A DNA stretch of 64,000 nucleotides, taken from Octopus vulgaris (Eukaryota). The DNA is taken from NCBI GenBank assembly GCA_951406725.2, contig OX597822.1:94550001-94614000 (forward strand), in the 5' to 3' direction. Positions 27,598 to 40,420 of this stretch are shown here, piece after piece. Under the pieces are notes generated by a model. The model searched no databases, was not told where the DNA came from, and saw only the letters and a list, made by a program, of their open reading frames with translations. Each line of letters begins with the position of its first letter. Position 1 is the stretch's first letter. A program made the translations under genes and the position numbers.

Positions 27598-27818
27598 CCC
27601 TTTCGTTACTGTATTTATTTTGAGATGCTCTGTGTTTCATTCAATTATTTTAAATATAACAAAGAATTTAGTAAAATAACTTACTTATCATTAAGCTAGT
27701 GTTAGGAACATAAATTGCAACTAAGGTTTGATGAAAGATTTTAATTCAAAACTTATGAAAAAAAAACATTTGTATTACAGGGCCAGAGCCGGTTTTGGCT
27801 GGGTTGGTAACAAAAGGG
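27598..27818. mobile_element. piggyBac-like MITE inserted in the mariner ORF
   Basis: TTAA on both sides (27594-27597, 27819-27822); TIR ccctttcgttac/gtaacaaaaggg; removing it restores GFKLF*SGDLSLED. Confidence 0.88.
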
Positions 27819-28829
27819 TTAAACTATTTTGAAGTGGAGACCTGAGCCTTGAAGATTGTGAGCATAGTGGATGCCCATTTGTCATCAATGACGGTCAATT
27901 AAAAACTGTCATTGAGAAAGATCCATGTAAAACCACTTGAGAACTGGCAAATGAACTTCAATCAGAAAATCAAAAAGCTCCACATGATTTGAATGAAAAT
28001 CAGAAAATGTGCAGATATGAAATTTGCTCATCACTTCTTCTCCATAACCAGACTGATCCATTTCTCAACCATATTGTAACTTGCAATAAAAAGTGGATTC
28101 TGTACAATTATAAAAAAACATTCTTCTCAGTGGTTGGACCAAAATGAAGCACTGAAAACCTTCCCTAAACCTGAGCTCTTCAAAAAGGAGACTACGGTGA
28201 CTGTTTGGTGGTCTACTGCTGGATTCACTCACTGTAACTTCTTAAAACCTGGAAAAACCATTACTGCAGAAACATATGGCCATGAAATTGCCAAAAGGAA
28301 TGAAAATCTGCTACTCCTCCATCCCATTCTTCATGACAATGCTTGACCGCACGTTTCACTAATGACGCTCCAGAAGTTGAGGGAATTTGGCCACGAAATT
28401 CTTCCCCACCCAGTTTATTTCCCAGAACTTTCTGTTACCAACTACCACTTTTTCAAGCACCTTGATGGTTTTCTGCAAGAGAAGGAGTTCAAAAATCAAA
28501 CCCACGTCATCATAACCAACAGAGTACCAGTATCAGTTGCCACTTTTCAGCATACAAGCTGATGTAATATATAAGACAAGATAGATATTTCATTAAAAAA
28601 GTCAATGTTTAAGTCCCACACACTTCCTATAAGTCAACCTCCTTTCTCCTGAATAACCATTCTACCAAATAGCCATTCTCCTGAATAACCAGGAAGAAAG
28701 TTGTGGAAGAAGGAGACCCAAGAAGACAATGGACAAAGTATTGAAGGCCAATCTCAAAATGCTTACCCTTACAAAAGAAATGACAGAGGAACAAGATATG
28801 ACAGAGAACCAATGCAATAGTGTGGGTGC

Positions 28830-29072
28830 TGGTGTTAATTGAAAAGCACTTGTGTTGGTGCCATGTAAAAAGCACTAATGTTGTTGCCACGTAAAAAGTA
28901 CCCAGTACACTCTGTAAAGTGGTTGGTAAAACAGAAGGACATCCAGCAGTAGAAGCCAAACCCAAACAGACTACGAATCCTGGTGTGGCCCCTAGCCTTG
29001 CTTGTTCCTGTCAAGCCATCCAAACTATGCCAGCATGGAAAATAAATGTTAAATGTTGATGATAATGATAAA
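28830..29072 (+). mobile_element. RTE 3'-end-related repeat
   Basis: ggacatccagcagtagaa...atgccagcatggaa...gttaaatgttgatgataatgat. Confidence 0.7.
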
Positions 29073-29762
29073 TGACATCAATATGAACACAAAGTAAGTA
29101 TAAAGAAAACTAACAAGTAATTGAAGGTTTTGCTATATGCCATCGTGGTAAACCTGATGTATAAACATTCAAACATCATCATTATTATTCCAAATCCTGC
29201 TGCATCTCACATAGAGTTTATAGTCCTCCAATGCTGTTTTGGTGTAGAAATTGACCTAGCCTTTTCGGCTCTAAGTTTTTATCAGAAAAATTTGAATTGT
29301 ATGAAATTGCTGGAAAATGTAATACAGGCCACAATGTAATTACCTTGTCTGGGAATCTGTAATACTGTTATGACAGTCTTGTTTAATAGTAAATTAAACA
29401 TTGAGGACAATTGTGATAGAGGGCAACAGGCCTGCCATAAAAATGTGCTTTTGCTATGGAGTCAGTAATAATTTATAAATAAAAGTAGGTGTATCATTGA
29501 AATTTGTTTTTTCCCCACATGATACTAATGCTGGAATGAGTTTCCTGGCTTGAAATTATTAATTCATTTACAAACAATACTATCTGCTAATTCTTATAGA
29601 GGAATATATACATTCAGATCATTTGCAATTTCAGGTTCATGGGAACTTGTTTATCATGCTGAAAAATATAGTAGATATATTAAAGGTGAAATTTGTAGAG
29701 GTGATGGTGGCGAGGATGGAAGTAATTTCACGATTTCAATAATCCCTTTATTAGACATCTAT

Positions 29763-30470
29763 GCATCACCACTATACTATCATCACCACTACTACGACTG
29801 CCACTATCATCTCCACTAACCATGTCACTGCTGCCACCACCATCATTATCATTACCACCACCTCCACCACCGCCACTACTGCCATCGCCATCACCACTAC
29901 CACCACCACCAACAACAACAACAACAGCAACACACCAACGCCACACCAATAACCATACTAGCACAAGCACCAACATCACTGCGACCACCACCCCTACCAC
30001 CATCGCCACCACTACAACCAGCAACACCACTACAACAACCACCTCCACCACCACCTCTACTGCCATTGCTACCACCATGAAAACAACCACCACTACAGTC
30101 ACAACTACTACCACAACAACAGTCACCCCCCACAACCACCATCACCACTACAACCACCACCACCACTACAACAACCACCTCCACCACCACCTCTACTGCC
30201 ATTGCTACCACCATGAAAACAACCACCACAACAGTCACAACTACCACCACAACAACAGTCACCCCCACAACCACCATCACCACTACAACCACCACCACCA
30301 CTACAACAACCACCTCCACCGCCACCTCTACTGCCATTGTTACCACCATGAAAACAACCACCACTACAGTCACAACTACCACCACAACAACAGTCACCCC
30401 CAACAACCACCATCACCACTACAACCACCACCACCACTACAACAACCACCACCACCACCACCACCAATAC
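29763..30470. repeat. (ACC/ACA/ACT)n low-complexity tract with a ~135-bp higher-order repeat x3
   Basis: accaccatgaaaacaacc recurs with its ATG at 30077, 30213 and 30348. Confidence 0.9.
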
Positions 30471-30826
30471 CATATACTCCCTCAATAGATCTCTGATGAC
30501 TTCCAATATGATAACAAGTTAGTGTAAACCTGAAAATACAATTAAGGTGGGGGGAAACTATACACCAATGAAAACAGGAAACTGGCCCTTATGAGCCAGG
30601 TAGGGAGTTGCCAGAATCATTAGCATACCGGTCAAAATGCTTAGCAGTATTTTGTCCGTCTTCATGGTCTAACTTCAAATTCTGTCAAGGTGGAGTTTGC
30701 CCTTCATCCTTTCAGGGTCGATAAAAACGAGTACCATTTATGTACCAGGGCTGATGTAATTGATTTTATCCCCCACTTCTCTAAATTGCTAACCTTGTGC
30801 CAAAATTTGGATCCAATAATATGAGA

Positions 30827-30966
30827 AGCGCAGGAGTGGCTGTGTGGTAAATAGCTTGTTTACCAACCACATGGTTCCGGGTTCAGTCCCACTGCGTGGC
30901 ACCTTGGGCAAGTGTCTTCTACTATAGCCTCGGGCCGACCAAAGCCTTATATGTATATGTATATGT

Positions 30967-31000
<34 letters not shown>

Positions 31001-34000
31001 ATTTATGTGAGCACATATTCTTAATAATTGGTACGACTCTCTGTTTGTCTCTCTCTCTCTCTCATTTTTACTTGATCTGTCCCCCTCTCTCTCTTTTCTC
31101 TCTACTCATCCTCTTTTTCTCTTCTCTTTCCTCTGATTCTTTGGTCTAGTCTTCCACTACCCTCCTATTTCTTTGTCTCGCTCTGCACTCACAGGTCATT
31201 CTTCGACACCCATCCCTTCTCCTCTCTGATTCCTCCTTTCTCTCTCTTTCTCTCTCTTTGTTGCGTTTGTCCCTCCTCTCTCTCTCTCTTCCTTTGCTTC
31301 TCTTTCTTTTCTTTTCCCTCTTCTCTGTCACGTGACTGTTGGCCGAAATCTGCCTTTCAGCCTCTAACCCTCGTTCTGTTAACATCGCTGTTTTCGTCCG
31401 CCACTATAAAGGCTTTTTCCATTGCGCCAGAGAAAAAATTTGTTTGCTTGTTATCAGTCGTAAGACACTGTTGTTTTCACCGTTAATGCTTCTGTATTTC
31501 ATGTTTCTGTATTCCATTATTGTTTTTTGTTTTTTTATATCTGTCCCTTTTGCTGTCCTGGTGTTCGTATGCATTCGATCCTTCTTCCAGGAAATCTACG
31601 CTTCCAGCTTAGTTTTTCTAATGCTCGTTGCTTGGTTTTTCTTGGAGGGCTGGCCGTGATCTAGTAATCTCAAGATTAATCAGCCGAAATTACTACGATG
31701 ATCCGGTTCTTGACTGAAGACTGAGGGTTTCGAATGTCCTGTCCGTGTTTATTGTGTCGTCTTCTAAGAGTTATACGTTCTTGTCCATGTTGTATTTTTC
31801 TACATACCTTAACATATATTCCAGGCGCCCCGTACCCCCCTTAACATTTATGTGAGCACATATTCTTAATAATTGGTACGACTCTCTGTTTGTCTCTCTC
31901 TCTCTCTCATTTTTACTTGATCTGTCCCCCTCTCTCTCTTTTCTCTCTACTCATCCTCTTTTTCTCTTCTCTTTCCTCTGATTCTTTGGTCTAGTCTTCC
32001 ACTACCCTCCTATTTCTTTGTCTCGCTCTGCACTCACAGGTCATTCTTCGACACCCATCCCTTCTCCTCTCTGATTCCTCCTTTCTCTCTCTTCTCTCTC
32101 TTTGTTGCGTTTGTCCCTCTCTCTCTCTCTCTTCCTTTGCTTCTCTTTCTTTTCTTTTCCCTCTTCTCTGTCACGTGACTGTTGGCCGAAATCTGCCTTT
32201 CAGCCTCTGACCCTCGTTCTGTTAACATCGCTGTTTTCGTCCGCCACTATAAAGGCTTTTTCCATTGCGCCAGAGAAAAAATTTGTTTGCTTGTTATCAG
32301 TCGTAAGACACTGTTGTTTTCACCGTTAATGCTTCTGTATTTCATGTTTCTGTATTCCATTATTGTTTTTTGTTTTTTTATATCTGTCCCTTTTGCTGTC
32401 CTGGTGTTCGTATGCATTCGATCCTTCTTCCAGGAAATCTACGCTTCCAGCTTAGTTTTTCTAATGCTCGTTGCTTGGTTTTTCTTGGAGGGCTGGCCGT
32501 GATCTAGTAATCTCAAGATTAATCAGCCGAAATTACTACGATGATCCGGTTCTTGACTGAAGACTGAGGGTTTCGAATGTCCTGTCCGTGTTTATTGTGT
32601 CGTCTTCTAAGAGTTATACGTTCTTGTCCATGTTGTATTTTTCTACATACCTTAACATATATTCCAGGCGCCCCGTACCCCCCTTAACATTTATGTGAGC
32701 ACATATTCTTAATAATTGGTACGACTCTCTGTTTGTCTCTCTCTCTCTCTCATTTTTACTTGATCTGTCCCCCTCTCTCTCTTTTCTCTCTACTCATCCT
32801 CTTTTTCTCTTCTCTTTCCTCTGATTCTTTGGTCTAGTCTTCCACTACCCTCCTATTTCTTTGTCTCGCTCTGCACTCACAGGTCATTCTTCGACACCCA
32901 TCCCTTCTCCTCTCTGATTCCTCCTTTCTCTCTCTTCTCTCTCTTTGTTGCGTTTGTCCCTCCTCTCTCTCTCTCTTCCTTTGCTTCTCTTTCTTTTCTT
33001 TTCCCTCTTCTCTGTCACGTGACTGTTGGCCGAAATCTGCCTTTCAGCCTCTGACCCTCGTTCTGTTAACATCGCTGTTTTCGTCCGCCACTATAAAGGC
33101 TTTTTCCATTGCGCCAGAGAAAAAATTTGTTTGCTTGTTATCAGTCGTAAGACACTGTTGTTTTCACCGTTAATGCTTCTGTATTTCATGTTTCTGTATT
33201 CCATTATTGTTTTTTGTTTTTTTATATCTGTCCCTTTTGCTGTCCTGGTGTTCGTATGCATTCGATCCTTCTTCCAGGAAATCTACGCTTCCAGCTTAGT
33301 TTTTCTAATGCTCGTTGCTTGGTTTTTCTTGGAGGGCTGGCCGTGATCTAGTAATCTCAAGATTAATCAGCCGAAATTACTACGATGATCCGGTTCTTGA
33401 CTGAAGACTGAGGGTTTCGAATGTCCTGTCCGTGTTTATTGTGTCGTCTTCTAAGAGTTATACGTTCTTGTCCATGTTGTATTTTTCTACATACCTTAAC
33501 ATATATTCCAGGCGCCCCGTACCCCCCTTAACATTTATGTGAGCACATATTCTTAATAATTGGTACGACTCTCTGTTTGTCTCTCTCTCTCTCTCTCATT
33601 TTTACTTGATCTGTCCCCCTCTCTCTCTTTTCTCTCTACTCATCCTCTTTTTCTCTTCTCTTTCCTCTGATTCTTTGGTCTAGTCTTCCACTACCCTCCT
33701 ATTTCTTTGTCTCGCTCTGCACTCACAGGTCATTCTTCGACACCCATCCCTTCTCCTCTCTGATTCCTCCTTTCTCTCTCTTCTCTCTCTTTGTTGCGTT
33801 TGTCCCTCCTCTCTCTCTCTCTTCCTTTGCTTCTCTTTCTTTTCTTTTCCCTCTTCTCTGTCACGTGACTGTTGGCCGAAATCTGCCTTTCAGCCTCTGA
33901 CCCTCGTTCTGTTAACATCGCTGTTTTCGTCCGCCACTATAAAGGCTTTTTCCATTGCGCCAGAGAAAAAATTTGTTTGCTTGTTATCAGTCGTAAAGAC

Positions 34001-36264
34001 ACTGTTGTTTTCACCGTTAATGCTTCTGTATTTCATGTTTCTGTATTCCATTATTGTTTTTTGTTTTTTTATATCTGTCCCTTTTGCTGTCCTGGTGTTC
34101 GTATGCATTCGATCCTTCTTCCAGGAAATCTACGCTTCCAGCTTAGTTTTTCTAATGCTCGTTGCTTGGTTTTTCTTGGAGGGCTGGCCGTGATCTAGTA
34201 ATCTCAAGATTAATCAGCCGAAATTACTACGATGATCCGGTTCTTGACTGAAGACTGAGGGTTTCGAATGTCCTGTCCGTGTTTATTGTGTCGTCTTCTA
34301 AGAGTTATACGTTCTTGTCCATGTTGTATTTTTCTACATACCTTAACATATATTCCAGGCGCCCCGTACCCCCCTTAACATTTATGTGAGCACATATTCT
34401 TAATAATTGGTACGACTCTCTGTTTGTCTCTCTCTCTCTCTCATTTTTACTTGATCTGTCCCCCTCTCTCTCTTTTCTCTCTACTCATCCTCTTTTTCTC
34501 TTCTCTTTCCTCTGATTCTTTGGTCTAGTCTTCCACTACCCTCCTATTTCTTTGTCTCGCTCTGCACTCACAGGTCATTCTTCGACACCCATCCCTTCTC
34601 CTCTCTGATTCCTCCTTTCTCTCTCTTCTCTCTCTTTGTTGCGTTTGTCCCTCCTCTCTCTCTCTCTTCCTTTGCTTCTCTTTCTTTTCTTTTCCCTCTT
34701 CTCTGTCACGTGACTGTTGGCCGAAATCTGCCTTTCAGCCTCTGACCCTCGTTCTGTTAACATCGCTGTTTTCGTCCGCCACTATAAAGGCTTTTTCCAT
34801 TGCGCCAGAGAAAAAATTTGTTTGCTTGTTATCAGTCGTAAGACACTGTTGTTTTCACCGTTAATGCTTCTGTATTTCATGTTTCTGTATTCCATTATTG
34901 TTTTTTGTTTTTTTATATCTGTCCCTTTTGCTGTCCTGGTGTTCGTATGCATTCGATCCTTCTTCCAGGAAATCTACGCTTCCAGCTTAGTTTTTCTAAT
35001 GCTCGTTGCTTGGTTTTTCTTGGAGGGCTGGCCGTGATCTAGTAATCTCAAGATTAATCAGCCGAAATTACTACGATGATCCGGTTCTTGACTGAAGACT
35101 GAGGGTTTCGAATGTCCTGTCCGTGTTTATTGTGTCGTCTTCTAAGAGTTATACGTTCTTGTCCATGTTGTATTTTTCTACATACCTTAACATATATTCC
35201 AGGCCCCGTACCCCCTTAACATTTATGTGAGCACATATTCTTAATAATTGGTACGACTCTCTGTTTGTCTCTCTCTCTCTCTCATTTTTACTTGATCTGT
35301 CCCCCTCTCTCTCTTTTCTCTCTACTCATCCTCTTTTTCTCTTCTCTTTCCTCTGATTCTTTGGTCTAGTCTTCCACTACCCTCCTATTTCTTTGTCTCG
35401 CTCTGCACTCACAGGTCATTCTTCGACACCCATCCCTTCTCCTCTCTGATTCCTCCTTTCTCTCTCTTCTCTCTCTTTGTTGCGTTTGTCCCTCCTCTCT
35501 CTCTCTCTTCCTTTGCTTCTCTTTCTTTTCTTTTCCCTCTTCTCTGTCACGTGACTGTTGGCCGAAATCTGCCTTTCAGCCTCTGACCCTCGTTCTGTTA
35601 ACATCGCTGTTTTCGTCCGCCACTATAAAGGCTTTTTCCATTGCGCCAGAGAAAAAATTTGTTTGCTTGTTATCAGTCGTAAGACACTGTTGTTTTCACT
35701 CTCTTCTCTCTCTTTGTTGCGTTTGTCCCTCCTCTCTCTCTCTCTTCCTTTGCTTCTCTTTCTTTTCTTTTCCCTCTTCTCTGTCACGTGACTGTTGGCC
35801 GAAATCTGCCTTTCAGCCTCTGACCCTCGTTCTGTTAACATCGCTGTTTTCGTCCGCCACTATAAAGGCTTTTTCCATTGCGCCAGAGAAAAAATTTGTT
35901 TGCTTGTTATCAGTCGTAAGACACTGTTGTTTTCACCGTTAATGCTTCTGTATTTCATGTTTCTGTATTCCATTATTGTTTTTTGTTTTTTTATATCTGT
36001 CCCTTTTGCTGTCCTGGTGTTCGTATGCATTCGATCCTTCTTCCAGGAAATCTACGCTTCCAGCTTAGTTTTTCTAATGCTCGTTGCTTGGTTTTTCTTG
36101 GAGGGCTGGCCGTGATCTAGTAATCTCAAGATTAATCAGCCGAAATTACTACGATGATCCGGTTCTTGACTGAAGACTGAGGGTTTCGAATGTCCTGTCC
36201 GTGTTTATTGTGTCGTCTTCTAAGAGTTATACGTTCTTGTCCATGTTGTATTTTTCTACATACC

Positions 36265-36304
<40 letters not shown>

Positions 36305-36515
36305 TGTGTGTGTTTGTTGTCACCCTTGCATTGCTTGACAACCGATGCTGGTGTGTTTATGTCTCCGTTAATTAGCGGTTCGGCAAAAGAGACCGATAGA
36401 ATAAGTACTGGGCTTACAAAAGAATAAGTCCCGGGGTCGAGTTGCTTGATTAAAGGCGGTGCACCAGCATGGCCGCAGTCAAAATGACTGAAACAAGTAA
36501 AAAGAGAAAAAAGAG
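30827..36515 (+). mobile_element. SINE family A split by the tandem array (head 30827-30948, tail ~36270-36515)
   Basis: Head and tail are collinear with intact copies; the array lies inside the central (TA)n tract. Confidence 0.8.
31001..36268. repeat. Tandem array of six near-identical ~845-bp units
   Basis: Units start (atttatgtgagcac) at 31001, 31846, 32689, 33533, 34380 and 35221; the last unit has an internal ~237-bp duplication. Confidence 0.97.
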
Positions 36516-36916
36516 AAAATCAAAGAAAAACACATTGTGCTATTTCATTGCAGTCCTTCACAATCTCTGTTTAAATCATGCCAGGGGCCCCATATTTGCT
36601 GTTCATCCTTTCGGGGTTTGGAGAAATAAATAACTAATCTATTCAGCTATATCTTTCCCCACTAAATTTGTCCCTATGTTATAAATCAATCATAATTGGC
36701 ATAGGGTGGAGGACAGGGGCAGAAAATGAAAGATAAACAGAGGCCTTGTTCCAGTATGTCGGGACATCTATTCTTTACAACTGGGTGTAGACTCTGACAT
36801 TTCGACTCAGTAAAAAAGAAAAAAAAAGAGGAAGTATTATCTTTCCGACACAGCTTTGGCAATGTTGATGATTATGCAAATGCATGCAATGAAGTAAAGA
36901 TTAATCTGGACATTAT

Positions 36917-37021
36917 ATGATGATGATGATGATGATGATGATGATAATGATGATGATGACGCTGATATTAGTAGTGGTGGTGGTATTTGTGGTAGTAAAA
37001 CAGTTGTGGTAATAGTCAGGA

Positions 37022-37063
<42 letters not shown>

Positions 37064-37127
37064 CGACGACGATGATATTAGTAGTGGTGGTGGTACTTGT
37101 GGTAGTAAAACAGTTGTGGTAATAGTC

Positions 37128-37158
<31 letters not shown>

Positions 37159-37520
37159 CGATGACGATGATAATGGTGGTAGTGGTGGTGGTGGTGGTGG
37201 TGGTGGTAGTGGTAGTGGTGATAATGATGGTGGTAGTTGCAGCATTGGTGGTGGGGGGATGATGATGGTAATGAGGATGACGATGAGGATACTGATGATA
37301 ATAATAATAATAACAACGATGCTGATGAAGAGGAGAAGGAGGACAATGATAGCAGTGGTGATGGTGGTGGTGGTGGTGGCGGCGGCGGTGGCGGTGGTGG
37401 CAGCGGTGGTGATGGTGGTTGGTGGTGGTGGTGGTTGGCAGTGATGAGGAAGAGTTTCTGAGAGAGATGGGGGACAGAGAAAGGGGGGAGAGAGAGGGGG
37501 AGAGAGAGAGAGAGAGGAGG
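36917..37520. repeat. (GAT)n/(GGT)n/(GA)n low-complexity tract
   Basis: Direct observation. Confidence 0.92.
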
Positions 37521-37721
37521 TAAAGAGGAAAAGTTCTAGCTGTAAGTATACCCTAATTAGAATTCTTAACACAAATTAACATAACTGCATTTCAAATTCT
37601 CTTTCCTTCACCACATCAAACTTTTCATCCTTTGCCTCATCTTCATTACTCTCAGCATCAATTAAAACAACAACAACAGCAATCACTACAACACCAACTG
37701 TAATGGCAGCAACGTCAAGTG

Positions 37722-37882
37722 GGGGCACAATGGCCCAGTGGTTAGGGCAGCGGACTCGCGGTCGGAGGATCGCGGTTTCGATTCCCAGACCGGGTGTTGT
37801 GTGTGTTTATTGAGCGAAAACACCTAAAGCTCCATGAGGCTCTGGCAGGGAGTGATGGCGACTCCTGTTGTACTCTTTCACC
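37722..37882 (+). mobile_element. 3'-truncated SINE family C
   Basis: ggcacaatggcccagtggttagggcagcggactcgcggtc head. Confidence 0.85.
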
Positions 37883-37899
37883 CTGGGCAAAACACTTCA

Positions 37900-38520
37900 T
37901 TTCTCTTAAAAGACTTACACTTTGGCATACATGCACACTAACATTGCACATCTAGCTGAGCAAGCTGGCTTCATTTCTTCACATGTCTTCTTCAATCATG
38001 GCCCATGTTTCACTGCCATGTAGCATAGCTGTCCAAACATAGGTATCATACAATCTACTTTTCACTGTGAGGGGTAGGTCCATTGCTACCAACTCTCTGG
38101 ACTTTGCCCAGCCTGTTCTTATTCTAGTAACTGTGCTTTTAGACCATCCTCCACTACTAACTAGGTCACCTAGGTAATAAAAGCTTTCTACTATTTCTAA
38201 GGATCTACCTGAACATCTGAGGAAGTCTATTTCCTAAACATTCTTGGTGTTTATTGTACCTGCATACCTGCCACTCACAAAAATAACTTTCTCTATAAAC
38301 CTTCCTGTGATACCACTGCACCTCTTATGTGTCTATAGCTTGCACTGAGTACATTGTATGGAATTTCTATCTACACCTTTCCTACATGTGGATCAGGGCC
38401 ATCTCCCTGAAGGGATTAGTAATTTGCCTGCTTTCCTACTTACTTGGACTTTGGTCTTTACTAAATTAACTCAAAGGCCTTTTGATTCCAGACCTTGCTT
38501 CCACATCTGAAATACCTTCT
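37900..38520 (-). pseudogene. Old decayed RTE LINE fragment (RT C-terminus including the zinc-finger region)
   Basis: Collinear with ~46900-47540, e.g. gcccatgtttcactgccatgtagcat and gcacctcttatgtgtc. Confidence 0.8.
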
Positions 38521-38691
38521 CTGCTATCCTATAAAATCTATCATCTCTCTGTTTTTGATGTATAACAAAATATATATATATATATATATAGTTAATCCAA
38601 ACATGAAAACACAAAGAGAAAACACAACAACACGAGGACGTAGAACAAGTATAGTATTATTGGACACTCAGGAAAGAAGGAAAGAAGAAGG

Positions 38692-38726
38692 GTTTAACGT
38701 TTCAAGCGGAGTTCTTCGTCAGAAAC
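38692..38726 (-). ncRNA. Minimal hammerhead-like motif in a short repeat flanked by (TA)n
   Basis: gttt-CTGACGA-agaactccgctt-GAAAC-GTT-aaac; palindromic AACGTT; stem II weakened. Confidence 0.55.
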
Positions 38727-38806
38727 AGGAAAAGGAAAGATCCAAAGAAGGGAAGATGGAGGGAAAAAAATCACCAACAGTACATATGCGGTCAATATAT
38801 ATATAC

Positions 38807-40420
38807 TAATGGGTATCCAAAAGTAACCGGAATAGTTCTCTGTGGACAAACCTATTGTAGTTCAAGCTTCCACTGCTAGAAGCCACTTGATGCAACCCTC
38901 GGGAATCAGTCTGCCAACTGGCGCCATTGTGTGAAGTTGTACTGCCATGTGGTACGTCTTTGTTTTGTAGTGTATCACTTCTGTTCATCAATTTTTGCGA
39001 TGACTGAAACGAAAGAACAGCAAGCTTCTGTGAAATTCTGTTTTCTACTGGGGAAAATGGTAGTCAAACAGTTGTCATGCTTCAAACAGTTTACAAGGAT
39101 GCTGCCATGAGAAAAACACAAGTTTATAAGTGGTTTTCACGCTTTAGGAATGGTCACTTGTCACTTGAAGACCAACCTCCCGGAAGAATGAAAACATCGT
39201 GAAAATTCATGAACAATTGACGAACTGGTTGCTATGACTGGTGTGTCTTGGAGCTCCTGCCAACGAATTTTATATAAATAATAATGAAATTATTGTATAC
39301 AGTGCTCAGGTGCACCACAACTTGTCAGAAAGTGCATATAAAGTGTATGCAGTAATGTACAAATGTCTGGAAAGCGAATAATGTATGAGTCAGATACATG
39401 CTTGTGTGTGTATGGAGGGGAGAAAATCAAGTGTAGTGTTCGTGAATCTCAGAAAGCATGGAAGTTTTGAAGGATGCAGTGCTCCGACAACTAACAACCG
39501 ATGCCGGCAGTTTGTTCCATGCTTCAGCAACTCTCAGCGTGAAAAAATGTTTCCGAAAGTCATGGGAGCTGTGCTGTTTTCTGACTTTGTAAATATGTCC
39601 ATGGGTGGAGTTTGAAAAGGTGCTCAGAGTTATTGTTTGTAAGATGGTTAATAATTTTATGGTTGTCTGCCAAGTCAGCTGCCAGATGTCGGAGTTTCAA
39701 TGTGTCCACGCCCAGGGAAGTAAGGCATTCAAAATATACCTTACTGGCTAACAATCTCAGGAAGCATGGAAGTTTTGAAGGATGCAGTGCTCCGACAACT
39801 AACAACCGATGCCGGCAGTTTGTTCCATGCTTCAGCAACTCCAGAGTGAAAAAATGTTTCCTAAAGTCATGGGAGCTGTGCTGTTTTCTGACTTTGTTAA
39901 TATGTCCACGGGTGTTAGACGGGTGGAGTTTGAAACAGTGCTCAGAGTTATTGTTTGTAAGATGGTTAATAATTTTATAGGTGTCTGCCAAATCAGCTGC
40001 CAGACGTTGGAGTTTCAATGTGTCCATGCCCAGAGAAGTAAGGCGTTCAGAATATGCCTTACTGGCTATCAATCTCAGAAAGCATGGAAGTTTTGAAGGA
40101 TGCAGTGCTCCGACAACTAACAACCGATGCCAGCAGTTTGTTCCATGCTTCAGCAACTCCAGAGTGAAAAAATGTTTCCTAAAGTCATGGGAGCTGTGCT
40201 GTTTTCTGACTTTGGAAATATGTCCATGGGTGCTAGATGGGTGGAGTTTTGAGTGAAGGAATCATGATTGAAAAGAGTTGCAGCAAAATTTGTGTCTCAC
40301 TTGCTCATGAAAGATCAAAAGCAGTCACAACTGCATATTGTGAACTGAAAGAACAGCTGGAAGTTGATTTGAACCTTTTTCTGAAGGTCATTACTGGTGA
40401 TGAAAGCTGGTGCTACAGAA
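38807..40420 (+). mobile_element. Decayed mariner (irritans-like), interrupted by a LINE fragment
   Basis: From ~39000 MTETKEQQASVKFCFLLGK...KTQVYKWFSRFRNGHLSLEDQP; resumes at ~40251 with KRVAAKFV...KVITGDESWCY. Confidence 0.85.
39271..40250 (-). mobile_element. CR1/L2-like LINE 3' fragment with ~300-bp internal tandem duplications
   Basis: YSERLTSLGMDTLKLQRLAADLADTYKII...NTRGH...RKHFFTL motifs; the block gaagcatggaagttttgaaggatgcagtgctcc occurs three times. Confidence 0.85.

Larger units (their letters stand above)
27026..28500 (+). mobile_element. Decayed mariner (Hsmar1/cecropia-like), 3'-truncated, with a nested SINE and MITE
   Basis: TIR-like ttaggttgagtaaaaagtaagcaacgttt; ORF from 27455 MEQSKCNIPAILLFNFKKGRKAAE; later KWILYN, TVWW, LHDNA and TNYHFFKHLDGFL motifs; stops and frameshifts. 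Confidence 0.88.

Noticed and set aside
29822-30496. Mucin-like Thr-rich ORF
   Set aside because: ACC/ACA low-complexity tract whose repeat units shift frame; no convincing splice context
31339-36115. Repeated 106-aa hydrophobic ORF (MAEICLSAS...) as a membrane protein array
   Set aside because: Starts at TTG, hydrophobicity follows from T-rich DNA, one copy is frameshifted, and identity reflects recent duplication
31001-36268. CRISPR, rDNA/5S, snRNA or histone array
   Set aside because: No unique spacers and no recognisable rRNA, snRNA or histone sequence in the unit
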